From Planctomycetota bacterium (GTDB lineage: Bacteria; Planctomycetota; MHYJ01; JACQXL01), in contig JBBTIZ010000004.1 of NCBI GenBank assembly GCA_038059695.1, positions 1 through 62,661 of the forward strand: DNA of 62,661 bases. Direction: 5' to 3'. Below the pieces are notes generated by a model. That model saw only the letters and a program-made list of their open reading frames with translations. It made no database searches and was not told the origin of the DNA. The position numbers were made by a program, and so were the translations under genes. This document shows, piece by piece, positions 47,411 to 55,470 of this stretch (within the stretch, counting starts at the first letter, position 1; every line of letters begins with the position of its first letter).

Positions 47411-48259
47411 ATGAAGGATGAATATAAACCGCCCAAGACCCGCAGGATGACATTCCTTTTTGCTAAAATAAACCTCCTTGACCTTTTCGGCAAAAAGCAA
47501 AAAGATAAATTCTATGAAAACCTTTTGGCGATGCAGGAAAAGAAATCCGAGGTTAAGAGATTTTTCTGGGCGTTAGGGGATATCGGAAAGGACAAGTGTG
47601 ATGGGATTGAGATTGTCTATGGGCGATTCGGGAAGACCCCTACAGAGAGATTCAAGAAGTCATACGACGAACAAAAACATTCTTATGATGGCCTGGCTGA
47701 AGATAGAGCGTCTGATTGGGCTAATTTTTTTATCGTTCCTAATTATGATATTATTGCCTTTGAGGAGAAGGCGACCATTGTCAGGCGACAGTTTGCAAGA
47801 CGATTTGGTGATTTGTGGAGAAAAACCACCGGTTCTGAAATCGCCTTAGAGTTTTTGGTAAATAAAGAAGAGGTTCTAAGGATAATTAAAAGTTGGGATA
47901 AGATAACCTGGGCGAGTTTTACTTTACGACGGAATCCGGATACCCCAGATGAATATAAAGAATTAGACGGCCTGATAATAAAGACTAATTCTCGTAAGAC
48001 CAAAATTGCCTTTGAGAATACAAGAGAACAAGATGGATTGAATCTTCAGAAGACCATAGTAGGACAAGCGTTTTCTATGGCAATCGGCGGGCATGGAGAA
48101 TTCCGGCTAAAAGGTAAAAAAGGCGATGCCACCGAAAAAGTTACCACTAAAGAAACGTTAATTACTAAAGAAAAAGACCTTGTTGATGAATTACCTGCGA
48201 TATGTGAATGGATAGGTAAGGAATTACGTAATATTATAAAAGGAAAACAGAGCGGTTAA
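47411..48259 (+). CDS. Hypothetical protein, DUF4747-like pattern
   Basis: AGGAG RBS; F..P...IAFE, I.SW..I....F.L..NPD, GLNL, A..G.G.F pattern recalled for this family. Confidence 0.45.
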   Translation: MKDEYKPPKTRRMTFLFAKINLLDLFGKKQKDKFYENLLAMQEKKSEVKRFFWALGDIGKDKCDGIEIVYGRFGKTPTERFKKSYDEQKHSYDGLAEDRASDWANFFIVPNYDIIAFEEKATIVRRQFARRFGDLWRKTTGSEIALEFLVNKEEVLRIIKSWDKITWASFTLRRNPDTPDEYKELDGLIIKTNSRKTKIAFENTREQDGLNLQKTIVGQAFSMAIGGHGEFRLKGKKGDATEKVTTKETLITKEKDLVDELPAICEWIGKELRNIIKGKQSG

Positions 48260-48289
48260 TCCAACAACGGAAACCGACTATTAAATAAT

Positions 48290-49735
48290 ATGGTTTATAT
48301 AAAAATACCAGGATGGGCAAGGGCTGGTAAATGGTGTGATGTCCTGAAAATATTAGAGTCCACCGAGACCGCTGGTGAAAAGATAAAGATTTTAGAAGAA
48401 TTCTATAGTGCAGAAAATAAAGAGAAGAAACCTAACCGTCATTATATAGGCGCATCAGCCCACTATTTGGCTGACCCTTACAGGGGTATAAAGAATGAGC
48501 CGAAAGCCGAAGAGTATTATAAGGTTGCCAAGGGCTACTATACAGAATTGTTAACCAATTGCGTTGCTATTATAAATAAGAAAAACAAATCAGCAGCGGA
48601 TATAGAGGAAGTGCAAAACGACCTTGTTACTCTTCTCCCTGATTTATTACGATTATTTAGAGAGCATGACAAATCGTGGGGAATCAGGAAGTTGCTTCAT
48701 TTATGGGAAAATATACGCAGTGAGATTCATATCCCATTACCAATAATAGCAGCGGTTGACCATCTAAAACGAAAAGAGAGCAAGACCAAAGACACCATTG
48801 ATGAGGTATTGCGTGATGTGGTCGGAACAGACCCTAAATTCACTAAGGAATTGTTCCGTGCTTGCATAGTGGGTAATTATAATGTTCCCGTATTAATTCT
48901 TGGCGAAACTGGTACGGGTAAAGAAATTATTGCAAAAACAATCCGCTTATTCAGTAAACGTGCGGACAAACCGTTTATGGCGGTTAATTGCGCTACTTTA
49001 TCTGAAACTCTAATGGAGTCGGAATTATTCGGCCATAAGAAGGGTTCTTTTTCAGGGGCTATTGATGATAAGAAAGGCAAATTTGAGGTGGTAAATGGGG
49101 GGACTTTATTCCTTGATGAAATAGCCGAATTACCATCTAAAGTACAAGCAGGTATCCTGCGGGCCATTCAGGAGGGTGAAATTACACCGGTCGGCAGCAA
49201 CGAAATTATTAAGGTTGATGTGCGGCTTATATGCGCCACGAATGAAATATTGTCCGATAGAATAAGAGATAACAAATTCCGCAAAGACTTATTTTATCGT
49301 ATTGCAGTTTACATAATAAATTTACCATCTTTAAGAGAGCGCACGAATGACATCCCTTCAATCGCTGGATTCTATGCGAATAAGTTTGCCCAGGATTTAT
49401 TAACGACCGGCAATGTTAAAATTGAACCCGGAACTATAGAAAAGCTGCAAAAACATCCCTGGCCAGGGAATATCAGGGAATTGCAGAATGTAATCATAAG
49501 GGCTATAATTAATTATGATGGAGAATCTATTAAGCCGGAAGATATTATCTTTGATGATATTATGCAGGTTCAATCTTCAACGGTAGCAATTAGTCCGTTA
49601 AAAGAAATGGAAAAGGCATACATTACAATGGCGCTCCGGCAGTGTAATGGTAATAAAACTCATACCGCTAAAAAGCTATTGATATCTCGGAATAAACTTC
49701 TAAGTAAACTAAAGCAATTTAAGATAATCGTTTAA
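48290..49735 (+). CDS. sigma54-dependent enhancer-binding protein with unrecognised N-terminal domain
   Basis: GETGTGKE, NCA, ESELFGH..GSFSGA, GGTLFLDEI, FR.DLFYRI, WPGNIRELQN, Fis-type HTH. Confidence 0.92.
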   Translation: MVYIKIPGWARAGKWCDVLKILESTETAGEKIKILEEFYSAENKEKKPNRHYIGASAHYLADPYRGIKNEPKAEEYYKVAKGYYTELLTNCVAIINKKNKSAADIEEVQNDLVTLLPDLLRLFREHDKSWGIRKLLHLWENIRSEIHIPLPIIAAVDHLKRKESKTKDTIDEVLRDVVGTDPKFTKELFRACIVGNYNVPVLILGETGTGKEIIAKTIRLFSKRADKPFMAVNCATLSETLMESELFGHKKGSFSGAIDDKKGKFEVVNGGTLFLDEIAELPSKVQAGILRAIQEGEITPVGSNEIIKVDVRLICATNEILSDRIRDNKFRKDLFYRIAVYIINLPSLRERTNDIPSIAGFYANKFAQDLLTTGNVKIEPGTIEKLQKHPWPGNIRELQNVIIRAIINYDGESIKPEDIIFDDIMQVQSSTVAISPLKEMEKAYITMALRQCNGNKTHTAKKLLISRNKLLSKLKQFKIIV

Positions 49736-49746
49736 TCTATTTAATT

Positions 49747-49766
49747 ATTGCATAGCACTATGCAAT
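49747..49766. promoter_or_regulatory. Candidate upstream activating sequence
   Basis: Perfect ATTGCATAG-CA-CTATGCAAT palindrome, extra half site CTGCATAG at 49769-49776, about 130-150 bp upstream of the -24 element. Confidence 0.65.
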
Positions 49767-49895
49767 TTCTGCATAGTAAATCCCTGCACTCGTTAAACGC
49801 CACCCTCGCCCGTAAATAATAAATATTGAAATAACCCCATAGTTCATAAGGGATTCTGCCTAATCAATCAAAATATTCATCGTATCTCCTCATTC

Positions 49896-49911
49896 TGGCA
49901 CGCTATTTGCA
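49896..49911 (+). promoter_or_regulatory. sigma54 -24/-12 promoter
   Basis: TGGCACG-CTAT-TTGCA matches TGGCACG-N4-TTGCW exactly, GG-N10-GC spacing. Confidence 0.88.
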
Positions 49912-49960
49912 TATCTATAGAGTGTCGGGCAATTAAGCCCGGCAAGAAACGGAGGCAGAT

Positions 49961-50053
49961 ATGCCGAAGTTAATATCTGATTTCTGGAAACGGGTTATCC
50001 GGACGGTGATTGAAATCGTCCTGACTCTAATCCAGAAGAGGATAAATAAATAG
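49961..50053 (+). CDS. Small ORF, 30-aa amphipathic cationic peptide (MPKLISDFWKRVIRTVIEIVLTLIQKRINK)
   Basis: GGAGG at 49951-49955, first ATG after the sigma54 promoter; below the ORF-track cutoff. Confidence 0.6.
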   Translation: MPKLISDFWKRVIRTVIEIVLTLIQKRINK

Positions 50054-50081
50054 TCCCAACGCATGCTGACGCATGTCGGGA

Positions 50082-50118
50082 TAAGAGCCAGTAACGACTG
50101 AAGTCTAACTGGCTCTAA
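50082..50118 (+). repeat. GAGCCAGTAAC-GAC..GTC-TAACTGGCTC hairpin
   Basis: Same family as 51143-51181, 11690-11727 and 59949-60058. Confidence 0.75.
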
Positions 50119-50244
50119 TAAAAACAACGGTTCCGGAGGGGTTGTCATTAGTGTCAGGTGTGCCGGCATCCTGTAGATGCCGGCCTTGAATAGCACCAGC
50201 AGGACACGATAACCCCTCTGGGCCGATAAAGATAAGGAAAATAT

Positions 50245-51039
50245 ATGATACACACGAAGATTATTGTGCCGGTTGTGGCGCTGCTCACGCCGCATCCGGA
50301 TATGTCCACCAAACGGGTGGAAGGACTGCAGAACAACGCGGAACGGATGAACGAGCACCGGAAGACCCGCGTTCCGGACGACGGAACTTTCGGCCAGTTG
50401 ATTGCCTCGCAGTCAGCCGATAAGTTCAAGGACCGGGTTAATTTCACCACGGTCGGGCCGAGCGACCGCGATGCCGCGGACATCTACACGATGCAACGCG
50501 GTAAAATCCTTAAGGCGTATAATAAATACAACGACGGGTTGGATTATGCCTTTGAGGAAAAGGACGGCGTCTTCGCTAAACTGTTCAAGGATGCGGTTGA
50601 AGCCAAGGCGTCTAACTGGGATGAAGCCGTAGCGCTGAGCACCCTGCGTTTCACCGGCAGCCGGGCCAGGGGCCGGCAGGTGGCTTCCATTATGGGTTAC
50701 TGGCTGACCGGCGATACCCACGCCACCCAAAAACTGCCTGAGGGTTCCCAGGTCTTGGCCGGCGGACCCTATGATGTCTCCGCCGCGGGCTTGAAATCAC
50801 TGCTCAGGAGCGGATTGACTCAACTGCTGGTCCAGACCGGCGTGCTGGTTACCGAGTCGGGTTACGAGCCGACCATGCTCGCCAAACACAACGGCAGAAT
50901 CAAGGATTTACTGGAGCGGTTGTCAGACCCGGTTAAGGCAAATAACTGGGTGGCCACCATAACCCCGGATAAGTCCTATTGCGCCTGGTTCGTGGAGGAC
51001 GGGCAACTGAAACTGGAGACCCAGATTTACACGGTGTAA
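50245..51039 (+). CDS. Uncharacterised 264-aa protein, paralog of 11814-12614
   Basis: AAGGA RBS; collinear shared motifs across the full length. Confidence 0.85.
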   Translation: MIHTKIIVPVVALLTPHPDMSTKRVEGLQNNAERMNEHRKTRVPDDGTFGQLIASQSADKFKDRVNFTTVGPSDRDAADIYTMQRGKILKAYNKYNDGLDYAFEEKDGVFAKLFKDAVEAKASNWDEAVALSTLRFTGSRARGRQVASIMGYWLTGDTHATQKLPEGSQVLAGGPYDVSAAGLKSLLRSGLTQLLVQTGVLVTESGYEPTMLAKHNGRIKDLLERLSDPVKANNWVATITPDKSYCAWFVEDGQLKLETQIYTV

Positions 51040-51100
51040 ATTCACCCCTCACCCTGCCCTGCACCATCTGGTGCAGGGTAAGGGCAGAGGGAGAAGATTA

Positions 51101-51181
51101 ATAATAATGAATGCCCGCCGACGCTGAAGCTTTGGCGGGGTCTAAGAGCCAGTAACGACCATAGGTCTAACTGGCTCTAAG
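51101..51181 (+). other. Conserved structured intergenic element between the two module genes
   Basis: ATAATAATGAATGCCC...GCGGGGTCTAAG...GTAACGACC..GGTCTAAC...TAAG shared with 11690-11760. Confidence 0.7.
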
Positions 51182-51198
51182 AAAAGGAGTAATTTATT

Positions 51199-52146
51199 AT
51201 GGCAAGAATACTTTATGACCGGATTAACGAGATTAAATCAAAGCACCTAAGCCCGCAATCGGTCACGGGCGATAAGATAGCCAGCGATGCTATTGAGGAG
51301 AAACACATCAAGGACGGCGTAGTCACCAAGCGTAAGATTGCCGACGGCGTGGTCGGCACTGATGAATTAGTGGACGGTTCGGTTACCACAGCCAAGATAG
51401 CCAGCAAGGCAGTAACCAATGATAAGTTACAATCGGCCAGCGTTACTAATGAAAAGATTGCAGATGGGTCAATAACCTCAGGCAAGATAGTGGCCGGAGC
51501 AATAACCACGGAGAAGATTGCCAACGGCGCTATTACCAGAGACAAGGTGGCAGACCGTTCGGTCGGGACTGATGACATTGTGGATGGTGCTGTGACAAAC
51601 GCCAAGTTAGGCAGTAACTCGGTAACCGGGGCGAAAATCGCGGCCAATGCGGTCGGCTCATCAGAGATTGCGGCAGGAGCGGTCGGAACGAGCGAACTGG
51701 CGAATAATGCAGTGACCAGTGATAAGATACTGGATGCAAGTGTAACGCAGGCGAAATTGGCTCCGGGAGTCGGAGGAAATCGGATAGTGTTCCTGCCCAC
51801 CCGGATGCAGATGACCAGTTTAATCGTGACCGGCAATCAGGATTGGATACCCATGCCGCCGAGTCCGGGTGTTCCGCCGGAGGCCACGGCCTTAATCCTG
51901 CAGATTGAATTGGTGCAACAGAGTATTGCTCCGCCGCCCCAGGGCTGGCTCAACTGCCGTCTCAGGCGCGATGCCACCCAACCCGAATGTTACGCGATTG
52001 GCGTAGAGGCAAAAAATGTCGGACAGGTCTATGGCGGGCAGGTGATTGTACCCATCACCGCCGGCTCGTTCCAGTATGCCTTTACCGATGCGTACGGGAA
52101 TATAAGTATCACCTTCAATCCGTATGTTGTCGGGTATGTCGTTTAG
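51199..52146 (+). CDS. Fibre-like repeat protein B (decapeptide repeats plus C-terminal beta-rich domain)
   Basis: AAGGAG RBS; IADG.VT..K repeats; KLAPGVGG junction shared with protein A; different C-terminal domain ending VGYVV. Confidence 0.8.
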   Translation: MARILYDRINEIKSKHLSPQSVTGDKIASDAIEEKHIKDGVVTKRKIADGVVGTDELVDGSVTTAKIASKAVTNDKLQSASVTNEKIADGSITSGKIVAGAITTEKIANGAITRDKVADRSVGTDDIVDGAVTNAKLGSNSVTGAKIAANAVGSSEIAAGAVGTSELANNAVTSDKILDASVTQAKLAPGVGGNRIVFLPTRMQMTSLIVTGNQDWIPMPPSPGVPPEATALILQIELVQQSIAPPPQGWLNCRLRRDATQPECYAIGVEAKNVGQVYGGQVIVPITAGSFQYAFTDAYGNISITFNPYVVGYVV

Positions 52147-52249
52147 CGTAGAGCGAAGGGCGCATATGGGACGCGGATAAGACGGATTTTATAAGGAGGT
52201 CAGGAAGGCAGGAGTAAGTCCTGGTCTCCTGGTTTCCTTATAGTATTTC

Positions 52250-52490
52250 TTTGTGACCGCGAAGCGAACGCTGATTATACGGATTATCCGGTAAATCTGC
52301 GTTCGCTATTTCCCTTCTTTCGTCTTCTGGATTTCGCTGTCGCGGCCTGCCCCGCCGAATGGCGGGGTCTCTGCGGAGTTCACTACGCTCCAGTGCCTCC
52401 CGATGCGAGCCTTCGGTTCTCCCGACCATCGCTTCGCTCAGGGGGTGCTCGAGGTCACTGCGGTGTTCTTTTGTGCTCTTAGTGTCTTTT
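52250..52490. repeat. Composite REP-like mosaic (inverted relative to 43890-44200)
   Basis: CCTGCCCCG...CGGGGTCTCTGCGGAGTTC and AGGTCACTGCGGTGTTC. Confidence 0.65.
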
Positions 52491-52515
52491 GGCGCTGTTC
52501 CATGATTCCGGTGAA

Positions 52516-53241
52516 TCATAATTCAAGCAGATGTCCGTGTTCCCTGAGCCATCTGCGGCGCTGTTTATAATCAGGGTTTAAGGCCATAACCTTATTCCAG
52601 AAGTTCCGGGAATGGTTCTTATGCTCCAGATGCGCTACTTCGTGGGCCACCACATAATCAATCACCGCCGGCGGCGCCATAATCAGCCGCCAACTGAAAT
52701 TCAAATTGCCGCCTCTGCTGCACGAACCCCATCTCTTCCGGGCGCTTGAGATTTTTATCTGCTTATACCGCAATCCGGTTTGGCTTGAGTATAAGTTTAC
52801 TCTTTCTGTTATCCCGGCGCGCGCTTGTTCTTTATACCATTTAATAAACTCTTGTTCGGCCCGGCTTTGGCAATCCTGCGCCAGATGAAATGCGCTATCA
52901 AAAAGTAATGGCGCTCCGATGCTCACGAGCGGAGCGCCCCGTATCCCCGTAGGGCATCGGGGCGTGGATTGGGCCGGCTCCACGTATAATTTATACGTTT
53001 CGCCCAGATACATAAATTCCTCGCCGGTAACAAATTCCTTTTCTTTCACCGAGCGGCTTTGTTGCCGGAAAAACTTTTGTTTCCTGGTAATCCACCCCCG
53101 CTTGAGTTCCACAAATCCGTTAATATAAGTATCGCTGGCCTTAAACGGCGCCCTGATTATCACCGTGGCGTCCGGGCAGACCTGCAAGGCGATGGTGCGC
53201 CGCTTAGACCTGATTATTTTTGATATTTGAATCTCTGTCAT
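52516..53241 (-). CDS. M48/YgjP (DUF45) family metallopeptidase with in-frame repeat insertion
   Basis: RS.RRTI.L.V, RWGSCS, LNFSWRL...P..VIDYVV.HEVAHL..NHS..FW. Confidence 0.9.
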   Translation of the reverse strand: MTEIQISKIIRSKRRTIALQVCPDATVIIRAPFKASDTYINGFVELKRGWITRKQKFFRQQSRSVKEKEFVTGEEFMYLGETYKLYVEPAQSTPRCPTGIRGAPLVSIGAPLLFDSAFHLAQDCQSRAEQEFIKWYKEQARAGITERVNLYSSQTGLRYKQIKISSARKRWGSCSRGGNLNFSWRLIMAPPAVIDYVVAHEVAHLEHKNHSRNFWNKVMALNPDYKQRRRWLREHGHLLEL

Positions 53242-53260
53242 TGCTGGACTGTTGCTCCAT

Positions 53261-53833
53261 TTAGAATTCTACGATGCTCTTAATGTCTGAATCCAAATCA
53301 AATCCGGCCATCCTGGGCACGTAAGTCAGGTTTATCAGGAATCTTATCCCGACCACCCGGCCGCCGCGCTCCCTTATCAGGTCGGTGACAGCTTTGACTG
53401 TCCCGCCGGTAGCCAGAACGTCATCGACTATCAGGATTCTTTCACCCTTTTTTATACAGTCCTGCTGAACCTCCAGGCAGGCCGTTCCATATTCTAACCC
53501 ATATTCCTTGGCTATGACTTTCCCGGGCAGTTTTCCCTTCTTCCGGGCCATGACAAATCCGACCCCTAATTTTTGGGCGACCATGGCTCCAATGATAAAT
53601 CCTCTCGATTCTATCCCGACCACCTTGTCCACAGATGTTTTGCCGGAAGAGCCGGGCTGGGTAAATCCCTGACACATTAATTCCACCATTCTCCTTGAGA
53701 GAGAGGGGTCTGATAGGAGTGGGGCTATGTCCCTGAATCGAATGCCTTTTTTCGGGAAATCCTTTATAGTCCTGATGGCGGCTTTAATCCTGCGGTCCGG
53801 CCGGTGTTGCGCGCAGCTGGCTGACTTTGCCAT
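53261..53833 (-). CDS. apt: Adenine phosphoribosyltransferase
   Basis: DFPKKGI.F.DI.PLL, GIESRGFI.G, RK.GKLPG, EYG, LIVDDVLATGGT. Confidence 0.93.
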   Translation of the reverse strand: MAKSASCAQHRPDRRIKAAIRTIKDFPKKGIRFRDIAPLLSDPSLSRRMVELMCQGFTQPGSSGKTSVDKVVGIESRGFIIGAMVAQKLGVGFVMARKKGKLPGKVIAKEYGLEYGTACLEVQQDCIKKGERILIVDDVLATGGTVKAVTDLIRERGGRVVGIRFLINLTYVPRMAGFDLDSDIKSIVEF

Positions 53834-54104
53834 AATACATCTCCTTATTAAAATCTTTTTTTATTGTTTCGGGCAGAAATTATATTATAATAACGGCAGA
53901 TAAAAAGTCATTATTTTCGGGCGGAATAAATATTGTAAAAAATCTCCGAAACTATTGACGGGGCCCAGTGTTTTATATACCATAAAAATTACGGACTGAT
54001 GAGTCCGTCTATTTAATAAACTGCTGGTTACCAGATTAAACATCTGGATCCCCGCTTTCGCGGGAATGACATCCGCGGGTATCTGTGATTGTAAGGTTTT
54101 TAGT

Positions 54105-55466
54105 ATGACACGAATTCTCCTGTTAAGAGTTGCCTGTATCCTGAGTATTATCCTGCTGGTGGCCGGCTGTTCCGCGGTCAAGGAAGCGCGCCAGGTCCAG
54201 AAGGCCGAGACCCTGCCGCCCGGCCAGCGCACGGTCAAGGCCTCGGAAATCGGCCTGACCAAGGATACCGTCCTGACGTTTAATAAGGCTGTAGAAACCG
54301 CCCTCAAATACAATCCCGTGGTAGTCCAGTCCGGAGAGCGACTGGCCTCGGCCCAATCCCAGTTGGCCAGCAAGAAAGGCAGTTACTACCCCCAAATCAG
54401 CGCCAGCGTGGGCACAGGAAAAAGCGCCAGCGAAGCATCCAACAGCAGTTCCTATTCCACCGGGATTTCCTTAAGCCAGTATGTCTATGATTTTGACAAG
54501 ACCGATTCCCAGGTGCGGATTTATTTTTACGACGCCCTGGCCGCGGAATACGACCTGACCCAGGCCCGGAATAGTGTTATCTACTCGGTCAATGAGGCCT
54601 ATTATAATGTATTGCGCCTGGTCTCGGCCGTGCGCCTGGCAGAGGAGACCATGCGCCAGAACGAGAAATACCTGGAACAGGCCCGGGTCTTCTTCGAGGT
54701 CGGCGCCAAGATAAAATACGACATCACCAAGGCTGAGGTCAATCTGGGCAATGCCCAGTTGAGTTTGATTAATGCCCGCAATGCCCTGTTCGTCAACCGG
54801 CAGGTTCTTAATAACGCCCTGGGTCTTTCGGAGAATCCGGAATACATACTGGAGGAATCTTTGGTGGACGGGGCTGACGTATCAGGCGCCGAGGCCGGCT
54901 CAGGCGAGACCGAGGTGTTATTCCAAAGAGCCCAGGCCAACAGCCCGGAGATAAAGGCCCAGGAATCCCGGGTCAAATCAGCCGGCGCTGCGGTGGATAA
55001 TGCGATTGCGTCGCTCTGGCCTTCTTTGTCTTTGTCGGGCGCTTATAATTTCAGCGGCAGTGATTTTCCGCTCAACTGGGCCCGGACTATTTCAGCCGCC
55101 TTGAGTATGGACCTGTTCAAGGGCGGGCAGAAGATGGAATCCATAAAAACCGCCACGGCCAATCTTAAATCGGCCCGAACATCCTTGAGTTCAATGGAAC
55201 AGCGCATCTTCCTTGATATCACCCGGGCCAAGACCCAGATGTTGGACGCATCCCAGAAACTGGAGGTAAACAAAAAGATACTCCAGCAGGCCGAGGAGAA
55301 CCTAAACTTTATCGAACAACGTTACCGGACCGGCAAGGCCTCGGCCATAGAACTGACCGACGCCCAGGTATCGCTGACCACTGCGCGGGAAAACATCATC
55401 CAGTCCCGGTTTAATTACCTGATTGCCCGGGCCGCGCTGGAGAAGATTGTCGGAGGAGATAAATAA
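54105..55466 (+). CDS. TolC-family outer-membrane lipoprotein
   Basis: Lipobox AGC; AL..NP, V..AYY.VL, D...A.V, RY..G..S..EL.DAQ; start moved to 54105. Confidence 0.88.
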   Translation: MTRILLLRVACILSIILLVAGCSAVKEARQVQKAETLPPGQRTVKASEIGLTKDTVLTFNKAVETALKYNPVVVQSGERLASAQSQLASKKGSYYPQISASVGTGKSASEASNSSSYSTGISLSQYVYDFDKTDSQVRIYFYDALAAEYDLTQARNSVIYSVNEAYYNVLRLVSAVRLAEETMRQNEKYLEQARVFFEVGAKIKYDITKAEVNLGNAQLSLINARNALFVNRQVLNNALGLSENPEYILEESLVDGADVSGAEAGSGETEVLFQRAQANSPEIKAQESRVKSAGAAVDNAIASLWPSLSLSGAYNFSGSDFPLNWARTISAALSMDLFKGGQKMESIKTATANLKSARTSLSSMEQRIFLDITRAKTQMLDASQKLEVNKKILQQAEENLNFIEQRYRTGKASAIELTDAQVSLTTARENIIQSRFNYLIARAALEKIVGGDK

Positions 55467-55470
55467 GATT

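Noticed and set aside
52238-52519. 93-aa minus-strand ORF
   Set aside because: Coincides with the composite repeat; probably non-coding
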